From Anaerolineaceae bacterium (lineage in GTDB: Bacteria > Chloroflexota > Anaerolineae > Aggregatilineales > Phototrophicaceae), in contig PABP01000009.1 of assembly GCA_002699585.1 (NCBI GenBank), forward strand, positions 419,750 to 483,749: 64,000 nt of DNA, given 5' to 3'. The position numbers and the translations under genes were made by a program. Shown here in pieces: positions 9,481 through 19,975 of the stretch. The notes beneath the pieces are model-generated. The model searched no databases. It was not told the origin of the DNA and saw nothing but the letters and a program-made list of their open reading frames with translations. Numbering within the stretch: position 1 is the stretch's first letter; every line of letters starts with the position of its first letter.

Positions 9481-11632
9481 TCACTTTGAAATCCTTTCCT
9501 CGGAGCTGGGTGATCTTATTACGGATTTTCGCCCAGCTTCGATGAGGTAGAGCGGCACACAGTTCGAGCTGTTCTGCGCCTTCATTCAGCATAGATTCCA
9601 GCATTTCGATTTCATCCTCAACCCAACGGGAACCAGCTTTTCTTGGGTGCTTCCATCCCGTTTTCTCCATTCTTTCGACATAATCGGCATATGTTTCCTC
9701 ATCACGTATTGGTTTGGGTGATATGTGAAACGAGCGCTTGCCGACGATCTCATAGGCTTTGATGCGAATTGCGCGCCAATTACGATTGGGTAGGGCCGCT
9801 GATATTTCTTCCTGTGTCGCTTTTTGTTCAATCAGTTCTTGTAGTGTTTCAACTTCCACAGGAAGCCATAGCGTCCATGTCTTTGCCGACCAGGGAAGCA
9901 CAAAATCATCGACGCTTTCATCTCGCCAGTAGATTTCAACATCAGCTACGCGGTATTTCTCTGTTTGTGTAACGACAATTCGTTCGATGAATACTTGCGC
10001 AACTGCTCGTCTCTCGATCAAACCCATTTGATCCCAGTTTTGCAGAACATTCTCTGCCTTCTGCGCTAGCGCGATTAGAGATTCTTGTTGATCGATGCGC
10101 TGCTCTAGATCGTTGAGTTTTCGCTCAAGTCGCGATTTTTCCTGTTCGTGTTCGGCGAATTGGCGTTCAAGTGCTTGTGCCATTGATTGTGACTGCACAT
10201 AGGAGAAGTTATCGAGTAATGCGGTCATCTTCTGTTCGACAGAAGTAAGCTGATGTTGGAGCATCCGACCTTCCTTGTCGAAGTCATCGCCAGCAGATGT
10301 GAGGACATCTTCCCATACCTGATGGTCAAAGGTCGCCTGAAGTTTAGCAAAAAGCATCTCGTTGATGATTCGATCGAAATAATCACTTCGTCTTGACCAT
10401 AGGTGCTGTTGATTATCGGCACTGTCAGAATAGTTGACGGTATAAGCGTACATTTGCATTCCAACCGTCCAGGAGGCGGTCGCGCCACACCAGGTCTCTT
10501 CGTGATAGCTTCCCACCAGTCCGAGATATATCGGTTCGTCGACGTGTCGTTTTTTCTTCTTGGTTGAATGACGCCGCCCTAATCTGGGTGCATAGCTCTC
10601 GTTAGGTGTGCCGTCTAGGTTGTAGGGCGAAATGTAGTTGAATGCGTGATAGAAAAGATCTTCAGTGACAATCGCCGGATGGTTATTCCACTGAACAACG
10701 CGATCTTTGAATACCCAGTGTCCAAGATACACGGCGTTGGACAGCATGTTTTGTAGGGCAAGCGAACCTACCATGTAGATTCCACCACGCTTGAGCATCC
10801 GCATTGGCTTTGCCCAGGAGAAGCCGGGTGGTATTTCACGCATCAGTTCAGGGTTGTCGAAATCGGGAAAGTGCGGGCCATTATCGTGTAGATAACGCAA
10901 CGTCCCACGCTGGTTGCCACCGAGCATCACGAACGTTTCGAATATCTTTACAACAACTTCAGCACATGGTTCAAAAGGCTGATACTTGCGCCAGTTAGGA
11001 TTGGGGATGCCACTTGGTAGGGATTTACGATCATCGACCATGTAACCGAGGTTGATGTTGCCACCCATCCACAACCCCTGCATTAGCATTCGCTCTTTAG
11101 CGGCGTAAAGTCGCCCACGAACATAAGAATTCAGAAAATCGGCGGCTTGCTCCGCTCGCATACGAAATAGTAAGCGATGGTAGGGGCCTTCGTGTTTATC
11201 TGCGAAGTTGTATTTGAAATAGGGAGTCAATACGCGGATATCATTCTTGACACAAGCATCAAGAAATACATTGACTTGAATCTGTGTTTCATCACGGAAC
11301 AGTCGATCTTCTGCCTGCACGGCAACTGCGCCTATCTGACGGGTGAGCATCAGATCGAACAGGCGGCTCATTCCTTCACGTTCGTCGATGCTCTTTGCGC
11401 CGCTCACGCCTTCGTCTTCGTCAATCAGGACGACATCCTCTTGCTGCCATCCAAGTGACATAACATATCGCGGTAGATCAATCTGCTGCATGTCAGTTGA
11501 AATGTTGCCTACCTGCTTCATGGAGGACTGCCGATAGTAGACGGCAATTGAGCGGTCTGTAGGCAGCATCCCAGGTTGCACAGGCGACGAGTCATCGCTG
11601 CGCTGTGGCTTGTACTTCTTAGCGCCAGGCAT
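9323..11632 (-). CDS. large serine recombinase (integrase), 769 aa, island 1
   Basis: N-terminal resolvase motif [11 protein letters not shown] (catalytic Ser), recombinase and zinc-ribbon/coiled-coil regions, C-terminal duplicated module [18 protein letters not shown] / [18 protein letters not shown]. Paralog of 22509-24572. Confidence 0.9.
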   Translation of the reverse strand: MPGAKKYKPQRSDDSSPVQPGMLPTDRSIAVYYRQSSMKQVGNISTDMQQIDLPRYVMSLGWQQEDVVLIDEDEGVSGAKSIDEREGMSRLFDLMLTRQIGAVAVQAEDRLFRDETQIQVNVFLDACVKNDIRVLTPYFKYNFADKHEGPYHRLLFRMRAEQAADFLNSYVRGRLYAAKERMLMQGLWMGGNINLGYMVDDRKSLPSGIPNPNWRKYQPFEPCAEVVVKIFETFVMLGGNQRGTLRYLHDNGPHFPDFDNPELMREIPPGFSWAKPMRMLKRGGIYMVGSLALQNMLSNAVYLGHWVFKDRVVQWNNHPAIVTEDLFYHAFNYISPYNLDGTPNESYAPRLGRRHSTKKKKRHVDEPIYLGLVGSYHEETWCGATASWTVGMQMYAYTVNYSDSADNQQHLWSRRSDYFDRIINEMLFAKLQATFDHQVWEDVLTSAGDDFDKEGRMLQHQLTSVEQKMTALLDNFSYVQSQSMAQALERQFAEHEQEKSRLERKLNDLEQRIDQQESLIALAQKAENVLQNWDQMGLIERRAVAQVFIERIVVTQTEKYRVADVEIYWRDESVDDFVLPWSAKTWTLWLPVEVETLQELIEQKATQEEISAALPNRNWRAIRIKAYEIVGKRSFHISPKPIRDEETYADYVERMEKTGWKHPRKAGSRWVEDEIEMLESMLNEGAEQLELCAALPHRSWAKIRNKITQLRGKDFKVTKPQVPMKQHETIEHYLERNPEQAVTMNLSVSENLSQRRLMRRPSHLRRTSG

Positions 11633-11671
11633 GTGGTAAAATCCTTGTGGTCTAGATTATCGGTCTGGACT

Positions 11672-11710
11672 GAAGCCGGGTGTCAGTTTCCTAGGCCGTC
11701 GCCCGGCTTC
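11672..11710. repeat. 9-bp perfect inverted repeat GAAGCCGGG...CCCGGCTTC with 21-nt loop between Xis-like gene and LSR1
   Basis: Read directly from sequence. Inner CCTAGG palindrome. Confidence 0.4.
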
Positions 11711-11751
11711 TTACATCACTGGTCTTGACCAGTGCCTCCATCTTGAGGCAG

Positions 11752-11961
11752 TTATGCCTCCTCCTCATTGTGGCTCGACTTTCTGCGGCGGTTGGGTCTG
11801 CCTGCTTCGATCCACGCTTCTACATCCTCGCGTTTGATAATCCAATTGCGTCCTACTCGTTGTGCCGCAAGAAAACCTGCTTCAATCGCTCGACGTATTG
11901 TGTCGTCATGGCATCCCGCGATTTCGGCTGCTTTCGTCGGGCTGATTAACTCCTCGCTCAT
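11752..11961 (-). CDS. excisionase-family HTH DNA-binding protein (candidate Xis/RDF)
   Basis: MSEELISPTKAAEIAGCHDDTIRRAIEAGFLAAQRVGRNWIIKREDVEAWI matches the HTH_17/AlpA-Xis pattern. Adjacent to LSR1. Confidence 0.65.
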   Translation of the reverse strand: MSEELISPTKAAEIAGCHDDTIRRAIEAGFLAAQRVGRNWIIKREDVEAWIEAGRPNRRRKSSHNEEEA

Positions 11962-12824
11962 ATAAACTCCAGTTAATTCTATTGTACGGGATAATCCGCA
12001 CATTGGCAATGAGGCTATGAGTAGAGTCTACTGCGAGTGATGTAATCTCACGAATTTTTTGATTTCTCTTCCAGATGCTCTTGTTTAAGTGGCACACTCG
12101 ATTGAATGTAGGCATTGATCAGCAACCGATAAGCATTGACCAGATCGAATCTTTTGTTCGCTTTATTTGTTCGGTTCCGTCTTATGATTTGTAATTCTTG
12201 ATCCTGCACTTGGCTCAACTGGTGATCCTCCTGAATGTGTGCTGTAGTGATTGGTAACTTGCCTTAGAAAATGACAGACAAGATGGGATGTGTCACATTC
12301 AACTGCTGGAAAAGCCCTTGGGTTGATTCCTGCTCAACCGATGTTAATCGATGGCCAGGAACATGGTTGGCTTCGACAGGGGGTTCATGTGACTCAGGTA
12401 GTGAAATTATGCTACTCATTGCGTTTCCTCTTGTTTTACGCATGAATCGAGCTTATCACAGCGGCTATACGGTTTTTTGGAAATATCCAATTTTGTCCTG
12501 GCAATTGTCAGATTTTGCAAAGCAAAAATTCACTCAGCCATGTTTCATGAACAGATTCGGATCTTTATCGAAATTGAAGTGCGCTTGTTGTACGCTGATG
12601 TTCTCGAGGTAGAAAAACGGGTAGAGGTAATGCTGAGGTTTACAGTCGTGGACCGCAGGCTTTCCTCCATATATGTTTTCTAGTAACTCCTTGTTGAACT
12701 GTATGAATGTTGCAATCGATGATGACGAATTCATCAAGCGCTGGAGCAATGAAGATGTAACCGAGTCTGAGCTGACTTACTGTTTGGTTCAGATATACAT
12801 TGTTAATGAATCGAAGGAACTGAT

Positions 12825-14906
12825 ATGACCGATATTCAAGAAGCACTGCGACAATTCGATCTTGAAGCGCATCGCGAGTATTTCGAGACAGGCGACCGTG
12901 AACGCGCTCAGATGTTGGAACATTTTCCGCTCGAACGCTGGCCGACGATGACGCTTGAGGAATATGCGCTGGGACAAAGCCGCCCAAACGAAGATGTGTA
13001 CTGCTGGTGGCTGGAGTTCGGCACAAAGAATCTCGTCAACATTGGCGGTGCAACTGCCATCAAGCACATGATTTTTTATCACAGCGACGGCTACTGGAAG
13101 CACCTCAGCGCCTATCCCGACAAGGATACAGCCTGGGAAGCCATTCACGGCGAGTTTGTACGGCTGTTTGAACTCGCGGAAGCTCAGAATTGGGAGCAAA
13201 TGGACGCTGAAGACCTGTTCAACCGGGGCAGTCGCACGAAATTGAAATCGCTGTACCTCTATTATCCCCACCACATTATCCCCATCGTGGCTCCGCAGCA
13301 CATGAAACACTTTTTGATGCTGCTTGGTGATGATGAAGCTGATTTGAAGGGGCTTTCATCGATACTTCTGAACCGCCGCTTGCAGCAGAAATTACACACT
13401 TTCCCCGAAGCTCAGCAGTTTTCGACTCGCGAACTGATGCGGTGTTTATATGAGTGGGATGATCCACGCAAGGACGACACCATCACGACCTATTCTCAGA
13501 AGAGGCAGGATGATGTTCCACCCGACGAGCAGAAGCCATCCGATCTTTTTCTATCTATCGCTGATGCGCTCGAACGCAAAGGGCAAGTCATCCTTCATGG
13601 TCCACCGGGGACGGGGAAAACCTACCAAGCGCTGCGTTTTGCTGAATGGTGGTTGGCACGTTCTAACGGACGTACGCTCGATGATCTCACAGCGCGTCAA
13701 ACGCCACGTCGAGTCTGGTGGGTTGTGGCGAATCCCAAACAGTGGCATTGGGATGATCTGTTCACGGATGGCAGCGTTGAGTACAAGTATGGTCGCCTGA
13801 AGCGCAATTATCCACTGGTTCAGCCCGGTGATCTGGTGGTCGGGTATCTGGCCGCACCCGACAAGCGTATCTATGCGCTGGCGCGAGTGACCGAAGGGTT
13901 ACACGGTAAAGACGGTGATCCACGAATCACGCTTGCGCCTGTTCATCGAATCGAAAATGGCCTGACCTATGCGGAACTGACTGAAGATTCAACACTCAAT
14001 CAATCCGAGCCAATCTACAATCGCTGTCAGGGCACGCTGTTTAAGCTGGAAGAACGTGAAGCGGACTACCTGTTGAGTTTGCTCGCCGAGCGAGACCCGA
14101 AAATCGAGGACTACATCGACCAATCCGGGACTCAGGCAGATACGCAGAATCAACTGACGCTGGTCACGTTCCATCCATCGTACAGTTATGAAGACTTCAT
14201 TGAGGGCTTTCGCCCACAAGATACAGGTGAAGGGCTGCGCTTGCGGTTGGCGGACGGTCTTTTCAAAACTGTCTGCGCCACAGCCCGCGCAAACCCGGAA
14301 CGCAAATATCTCGTTCTTGTTGACGAGATCAATCGTGCGAATCTGGCAAAGGTGTTTGGTGAAATCATCACACTGCTGGAGCGCGACAAACGCGGTGTTC
14401 CGGTGGTACTGCCCCAGAGTAAAGAGCCGTTCAGCGTGCCGAAAAACGTTTACATGTTGGGCACGATGAATACATCGGATCGCAGTATTCGACTGATGGA
14501 TGCAGCCCTGCGGCGGCGTTTTGGCTTCATTGAAGTGATGCCCGATCTTACTCTCCTGCGTGGGGCGCAGATCGACGGTGTACTCGATCTCTATGATTTC
14601 CTGATGGTGCTGAACACGCGGGTCAGCCGCACACAGGGACGCGAAAAGCAAATCGGGCATTCGTTCTTCCTGGAAGATGGTCAACCGATCAGCGATGGCT
14701 CGGAATTTGCCCGGCGTTTCCGTCAGGAAGTCCTGCCACTGCTACAAGAATACTGTTATGACGATTATGGGGAACTGGCGGAGTACATCGGGGTCGATCT
14801 GGTCGATGTAGAAAATGCCGTGTTGCGGGCAGACCTGTTGCACGATGATGAGAAACTTGTATCGGCCCTGTCCGAGTTCACGTCAGCACCAGCAGGAACA
14901 GCATAA
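12825..14906 (+). CDS. mcrB: McrB-family GTPase (type IV restriction) with EVE/PUA-like insertion in the GTPase domain
   Basis: Walker A ILHGPPGTGKT, McrB signature FHPSYSYEDFIEGFRP, LVLVDEINRANLAKVFGEIITLLE, MLGTMNTSDRSI. About 150 extra aa between Walker A and the SYSYEDF motif contain WWVVANPKQW...GDLVVGYLAAPDKRIYALARV, which looks EVE-like. Confidence 0.85.
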   Translation: MTDIQEALRQFDLEAHREYFETGDRERAQMLEHFPLERWPTMTLEEYALGQSRPNEDVYCWWLEFGTKNLVNIGGATAIKHMIFYHSDGYWKHLSAYPDKDTAWEAIHGEFVRLFELAEAQNWEQMDAEDLFNRGSRTKLKSLYLYYPHHIIPIVAPQHMKHFLMLLGDDEADLKGLSSILLNRRLQQKLHTFPEAQQFSTRELMRCLYEWDDPRKDDTITTYSQKRQDDVPPDEQKPSDLFLSIADALERKGQVILHGPPGTGKTYQALRFAEWWLARSNGRTLDDLTARQTPRRVWWVVANPKQWHWDDLFTDGSVEYKYGRLKRNYPLVQPGDLVVGYLAAPDKRIYALARVTEGLHGKDGDPRITLAPVHRIENGLTYAELTEDSTLNQSEPIYNRCQGTLFKLEEREADYLLSLLAERDPKIEDYIDQSGTQADTQNQLTLVTFHPSYSYEDFIEGFRPQDTGEGLRLRLADGLFKTVCATARANPERKYLVLVDEINRANLAKVFGEIITLLERDKRGVPVVLPQSKEPFSVPKNVYMLGTMNTSDRSIRLMDAALRRRFGFIEVMPDLTLLRGAQIDGVLDLYDFLMVLNTRVSRTQGREKQIGHSFFLEDGQPISDGSEFARRFRQEVLPLLQEYCYDDYGELAEYIGVDLVDVENAVLRADLLHDDEKLVSALSEFTSAPAGTA

Positions 14907-16180
14907 TGCCGACTGTAGAATTGCAGGAGTGGGGAGATACCTTCCTGCCGAATGTCGTGCTATCCTCAGGTGATCGACGACTGGCACAAACCTTGCAGGG
15001 CGTTGAAATCCGTGAGATGCGCGATGGCTTGTACATCAAAGCATCATCCCGGATTGGTGTTGTGCGATTTGAAGCGTTTGTATTGCGTATCCGCCCGAAG
15101 CTGACCAACATTGATGTCATGCGAATGCTGCTCGTTGCTGGTGGTTTAAATCGCTTAAAACGATACCGTGCGACACGTGATTATGAACTGCGTGATACGA
15201 ATATGTCGTTGTTTGATCTCGTCGCGTTATTGCTGGCAGACACCTGTACGGTTATTGCCAGAGATGGTTTACTGCGCGGCTATGTCGTCGAGGAATATGA
15301 TCTACCAGTTGTGCGTGGTCGGCTGCGGTTCACCGATCAGATTCGACGGCGTTACGGGCAGGTGAACCGGCTGGAGTGTCGCTTTGATGATCATCATGCC
15401 AATGTCGTTGAAAATCGCATTCTGCACACTGCGCTTGCGCTATGCCGTCGCTATGTTCAGCATCCTCACGTTAGAAATCGAATTCAACGGCTGTTGGATA
15501 CTTTCGCCGCTGTCAGTCAACCACTTGACCAGAACTGGCGGACTGTGCAAGCCGATATGGCTTATAACCGGCTCAACTCACGTTACAAAGAAGCACACAC
15601 ACTTGCCTGGATCATCATGGCTGGATTGAACATCGAGGATCTATTGGCAGCAGGCTGTTCACGCGGGTTTGCATTTTTGCTGGATATGAATCCATTATTC
15701 GAGAAGTTCATGGAAATACTTATCCGACACATTTTGCGGAATGACTCCATCGCGGTTCAAGCGCAGTTGACAGCCACGGGTCACATCTGGGATGCTGAAC
15801 GCAATCAAACCTACAAGCGTCTTCGTCCTGATCTATTGCTAACCAATTTGGATTGTCTCAGTTTGGCAATCGATGCCAAGTACAAGCGATACGACGCAAA
15901 GAAGCTACATGAGAGCGACATCTACCAGACGTTCCTGTACACTTATGCTTTTCGCAGTGCCGACGTTGATATGCTGCCATCGGCACTGATTGTGTATCCC
16001 TCCGACATGCCATCTACCGGAATGACCCGTCTGCATATCCGCGACAGTCGAGGTACAGTGCAAGCACGATTGCACGCCTTTGGCGTAGACATTCCCTCGA
16101 TGCTCGATGAACTATTTGATGACACAGTACAAAAATCTACCTCGGTGTTGCGGGAGGCTATCAGGTATCTGCTGACTTAG
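14906..16180 (+). CDS. mcrC: McrC-family PD-(D/E)xK nuclease subunit
   Basis: Start overlaps the mcrB stop (TAATG). C-terminal RPDLLL...IDAKYKRYD nuclease motif. Confidence 0.75.
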   Translation: MPTVELQEWGDTFLPNVVLSSGDRRLAQTLQGVEIREMRDGLYIKASSRIGVVRFEAFVLRIRPKLTNIDVMRMLLVAGGLNRLKRYRATRDYELRDTNMSLFDLVALLLADTCTVIARDGLLRGYVVEEYDLPVVRGRLRFTDQIRRRYGQVNRLECRFDDHHANVVENRILHTALALCRRYVQHPHVRNRIQRLLDTFAAVSQPLDQNWRTVQADMAYNRLNSRYKEAHTLAWIIMAGLNIEDLLAAGCSRGFAFLLDMNPLFEKFMEILIRHILRNDSIAVQAQLTATGHIWDAERNQTYKRLRPDLLLTNLDCLSLAIDAKYKRYDAKKLHESDIYQTFLYTYAFRSADVDMLPSALIVYPSDMPSTGMTRLHIRDSRGTVQARLHAFGVDIPSMLDELFDDTVQKSTSVLREAIRYLLT

Positions 16181-16282
16181 TGAAATAGGTTTAGAGCTAC
16201 AGTTTCAACCTAAGCGAAGCAAAAAAACAGCTGGCGAACGTGCCTGCTCACACTTTCACCAGCCGATGTGAAGTCATCGAAA

Positions 16283-17179
16283 TCAAAAAGAGACAGCCCG
16301 TCCATAGGCTGTCTCAAGGCGTTTCAACGCTGCGCGTCGGTAGCGCGTCACTGTTCGTCGCTCGTTCTCACAGGTGACGAAATGCCGTACTTTTGCTTGT
16401 GTCGATAACGTATACAGTGCGGCTAAGGCCAGCGGACGATCCTCATAGTGCGTCACTACCTCTAGATACGGCGCGATCTCACCGTTATCGAAACGTTCGC
16501 GCCAGGTGCGCCGCTTTTCGGGTTTGTACTCTGCTAGCAGCGTCTGCAACCGCTCCTGGATCTGATCCAACCGTGCATATACCGACGACTGCGGCAGATT
16601 GTGCGCATTGATCGTCTGCAACGGCTTAGCATCCGTCGTGAGGATATAAAGCGCGACTAAACCAGTGATGTCATCAGCATAGTGCTGGGCAATAGTCGTG
16701 ATCGCTCGCTCGATGTCGAACTGAACATCGATCCGGGTAGCGAAGCCTGCCCAGCGTTCTTTAGCATCCCAGAGCTGCAAACGTGAATCATCACCGTGCA
16801 CACCGTATTCATCAACATCCATGCCAGTATTCGCCTGGATGTCGGCGAAAAAATTGTAACGCTCTTGCTTATCGACAATCACCATGCAGCTACAGACTGC
16901 GATCGCTCGCCAGACCGTGCGCGTCAGAGCATCACACGCCAACAGTTCTGGTTCGTCGGTCAGCTTGAGCCAGAGCTTCATCAGCCCGGTCTGCACGCTG
17001 TCGGGAATGTCCTGTCCGAACACGCCGAAGCGCGTGATCTTCTTCGCCATCAGTGGCCCTATACGCTCAGCAATGGCGTCAAAGGTCATTGCACCGCCCC
17101 AACCGGTGGGATAGGTTGCGATTTTCGGAAACGGCTTGATCTGACTACGAATCTTGCTGCGGAATGTTGATTCGGACAT
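16283..17179 (-). CDS. sigma-70/ECF-like protein (region 2 and region 4 like), island 1
   Basis: DIPDSVQTGLMKLWLKL resembles ECF region 2.2. LVALYILTT...LPQSSVYARLDQIQERL resembles region 4. Paralog at 28360-29253. Confidence 0.45.
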   Translation of the reverse strand: MSESTFRSKIRSQIKPFPKIATYPTGWGGAMTFDAIAERIGPLMAKKITRFGVFGQDIPDSVQTGLMKLWLKLTDEPELLACDALTRTVWRAIAVCSCMVIVDKQERYNFFADIQANTGMDVDEYGVHGDDSRLQLWDAKERWAGFATRIDVQFDIERAITTIAQHYADDITGLVALYILTTDAKPLQTINAHNLPQSSVYARLDQIQERLQTLLAEYKPEKRRTWRERFDNGEIAPYLEVVTHYEDRPLALAALYTLSTQAKVRHFVTCENERRTVTRYRRAALKRLETAYGRAVSF

Positions 17180-17370
17180 GACGAAACCTCCTCGTCACAC
17201 TGCTGGAACCGCCAGCACGGTCGAGCACAACGCTCCCTGATGCGGGACAACGCAAAAGGGGGGACCGTCAAGCAATCCGATTGAGGATAGGCGGGTGGTT
17301 CGGCAGTCCCGCCGGAATGGTGGTACTGGCGTACCGACCCGTCGGTGCTTGATGGTGGGTGTCCCTTGCG
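17180..17370 (-). promoter_or_regulatory. conserved structured leader/upstream region of sigma-like gene (homologous to 29254-29490)
   Basis: Shared blocks CATGACGAAACCTCCTCGTCA, GAGCACAACGCTC, GGCGGGTGGTTCGGCAGTCCCGCC (stem with compensatory change in the other copy). Confidence 0.4.
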
Positions 17371-17496
17371 TTGTAAAATTGCCGCGAAACGTTGTGCGAG
17401 GAGGAAGAGCATCCAGATCATTGATCGATCGTGCAGAACGCGAGCAAGTCAACAGAGTACAATGAATGAAGGTATCGGTAGGTGATGTGAGGTTTA

Positions 17497-19749
17497 TTGA
17501 TGCGAAAGATTGTGTTTATAGGACTTCTTTTGCTAATAACGGTTGTTCCCGTGCAGGCAGTGGACGGGGAAAACCGCCTGCGTATCCCGAGTGCGGAGGA
17601 GTATCTACGTGAAATACTTGAGTTACTTGCACTATCTCCAGATGATCACGGGATTCTTGAAGCAGAGTTAATCACACGTTACGCCGATGAAATTGGACAG
17701 CAGGATTATGATCTTGTTGATATGGCGTACAGGTTTTTTAAGGAAGAATATCTGCAAAACGAAATGGAATCATTCTGGCTTCAGGCTCGTGTTGCAGCAT
17801 GGCTGAAATCTCAACAAATTGACCTCGACGTGGCGACGGCGTTTGAATTTGACGATGTGCAGATTCCGGTAACTGCTCTTGACCTGAACAATGATGGTCA
17901 GGATGAGTGGATTCTGGACTTTCAACAGAACATATTTCAGGGTTATGTCGTCGTTCGCCGAGACGAAAACGAGTCTTATCAAGTGGTTTCAACACCTTTG
18001 CCATTCGAACTATATCAAGGATTGCCGTTTGTGCAGGAAGGCGTAACAAAAGCCCGGTGGAACATCGAATACTTTGGAGATGTTACTGGAGATGGACAGC
18101 CTGAACTTGTTGTGCTCTATACATTTCAAAACGACGACTATGAAAATACGGGACTGAGCGGGCGTTATTATATTTTAACCTGGAGAGCAGATTCACTGGT
18201 CGATGTTGGTGGAGAAGCATTCTCATTTCGACTTCAAAACTTAGGCACAACTTGGGAATGGACAGAGGCAGATGCCAGTACGGCCTTAGATCTCAAGCAA
18301 ATCCGCGAAATGCGGGATAACTGGGATTGCCACTGGGAGCAGACAACGGTTTTCAGTTGGGATGGCAGCGCATTTACCGAAGCCCAGATTGAAGAATATT
18401 TCCCGGAAACTGCAAGTTGTTACTTGAGGTTAGCTGAAAACGCCATGCGAGCGAAGGATTATGATGGCGCGATCATGAACTATCGCCATGTAGTGCGACT
18501 AGACTCTCCGGGTGGTATAAACTGGGTAGGGGATTATGCCGCTATTCGATTGGCAATTGCGCTTATTCTAAACGGCGAAGAAGAGCGCGGTATTGAGATT
18601 CTTCGTTCGCAACAGAACGAAAGAGAGACATTCCGCAGCTTGCCTGAATTGATCAATGCGCTCCTGGACGCCTATGACGAGAATCCTACCTCCGTCGGCG
18701 TTTGCCTCGCCGCATATGACTTTTTTTGGCTCAACTCCTATTATGTTTGGGATGAGACGTCTTTGGAAGTTGGACGCACTGTGGACAACCTTATCTATGG
18801 ACGGGGAATGTACATACCACCTCCAGCCAGTCCTGTAGGTGCGGGGTGCGATGCTCCGTCACTGATTGAGGATATTCTGGATGAATACACGTTCACGACT
18901 CAATCTACGCTAGTTGAACAATTAGAGTCATTGGGCATTCCCTGGGATTCCGTATTCTATGACGACTTAAATGGAGATGATATTGACGATTGGATTGTCG
19001 GTATTTCTGCCATCAATATGCCACCTGTGTTCTTTCTGTCGGACGGGGCGGTGTATAGCGTTTCGCGCCCAGCACTTTCTCCACTTCATGAACCAGACGA
19101 ATTTAACCAGTTGTTCACTTTCCAATTGCCAGATGATGCGGGTGTCGCCTTACTCCGTACAAACTATGTCCAGCCCCACAGACAGATCCATGCTGGTTAT
19201 GGAATAGGCGGTGGCCCGGGCGAGTGCTCGGCATCAGGCCGCGTTAGCATATGGCGTCTCGATCAAAGCACCTTAATCCCGATTTTCTCGTCTTTACTTT
19301 GTGAGGAGATTGAAACTCAGGCGGTTGTCGATGATATGGCAATTGTATCGCACGTATATGGTTGGGAATTTAGTGATCGGATTCATAATTATGTTCCGGT
19401 TGAATTTGTCTGGAACGCGGTAAATCAGGCATATGAACTAACATCAACGTCCGAGACAGCTTTGGTGCCACTCCCCTCTGAGAGATCGGTGCCCCCGCCT
19501 TATCAGCAATACCGTGGGGAAAATCTCTTCTTACAGCATGAATACGAACGGATCATCGATTACCAACAGAAGGCGATAACAGAGATACCAGACATATCCG
19601 ATCCCGTCCTTCTGAGATGGCGATATCTGGCGGCCCTCACACTCGAAGTGCTTGATCGCCCTGCTGAAGCGCTGGCGGAATACATTGCTATCTACGAAGC
19701 CGCGCCGGACTCCGTCTGGGGAACGCTTGCCTCACTTCACGTCGAGTGA
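17497..19749 (+). CDS. secreted protein with FG-GAP/VCBS-like DxNGDG repeats and TPR-like segments; lower GC than backbone
   Basis: Signal peptide MMRKIVFIGLLLLITVVPVQA. Repeats DLNNDGQDEW, DVTGDGQPEL, DLNGDDIDDW. Confidence 0.55.
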   Translation: MMRKIVFIGLLLLITVVPVQAVDGENRLRIPSAEEYLREILELLALSPDDHGILEAELITRYADEIGQQDYDLVDMAYRFFKEEYLQNEMESFWLQARVAAWLKSQQIDLDVATAFEFDDVQIPVTALDLNNDGQDEWILDFQQNIFQGYVVVRRDENESYQVVSTPLPFELYQGLPFVQEGVTKARWNIEYFGDVTGDGQPELVVLYTFQNDDYENTGLSGRYYILTWRADSLVDVGGEAFSFRLQNLGTTWEWTEADASTALDLKQIREMRDNWDCHWEQTTVFSWDGSAFTEAQIEEYFPETASCYLRLAENAMRAKDYDGAIMNYRHVVRLDSPGGINWVGDYAAIRLAIALILNGEEERGIEILRSQQNERETFRSLPELINALLDAYDENPTSVGVCLAAYDFFWLNSYYVWDETSLEVGRTVDNLIYGRGMYIPPPASPVGAGCDAPSLIEDILDEYTFTTQSTLVEQLESLGIPWDSVFYDDLNGDDIDDWIVGISAINMPPVFFLSDGAVYSVSRPALSPLHEPDEFNQLFTFQLPDDAGVALLRTNYVQPHRQIHAGYGIGGGPGECSASGRVSIWRLDQSTLIPIFSSLLCEEIETQAVVDDMAIVSHVYGWEFSDRIHNYVPVEFVWNAVNQAYELTSTSETALVPLPSERSVPPPYQQYRGENLFLQHEYERIIDYQQKAITEIPDISDPVLLRWRYLAALTLEVLDRPAEALAEYIAIYEAAPDSVWGTLASLHVE

Positions 19750-19975
19750 TGGACAGCAAGTAATACGGTAAAGCGGGCGCATCGTGTAATACACAGCTTG
19801 CTGGTGAGGAAACTGATTCAGCCATCAGGACGGAATTGATGCTGGTTGAATGTTAGGCTGAAGTTCGCCACACGCTGCTCACTGAACTATTTCAGAATCG
19901 CATCCTGCGCCATGAACCATGTAAACTGAACACTCATGCTGCTACCCATTGTGACACCTCCAGATTGATCTGTGT

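Noticed and set aside
9300-9500. tRNA gene as integration target at island ends
   Set aside because: No cloverleaf-like sequence is found at 9.3-9.5 kb, 17.2-17.5 kb, 22.4-22.5 kb or 46.7-47.6 kb. The target is the protein-coding 3' end of copA.
12010-12824. Possible hidden gene in the 800-bp gap between the Xis-like gene and mcrB (e.g. 12271-12612)
   Set aside because: The candidate ORFs are Cys/Trp-rich nonsense with no RBS. The region is more likely to be a promoter or regulatory region.
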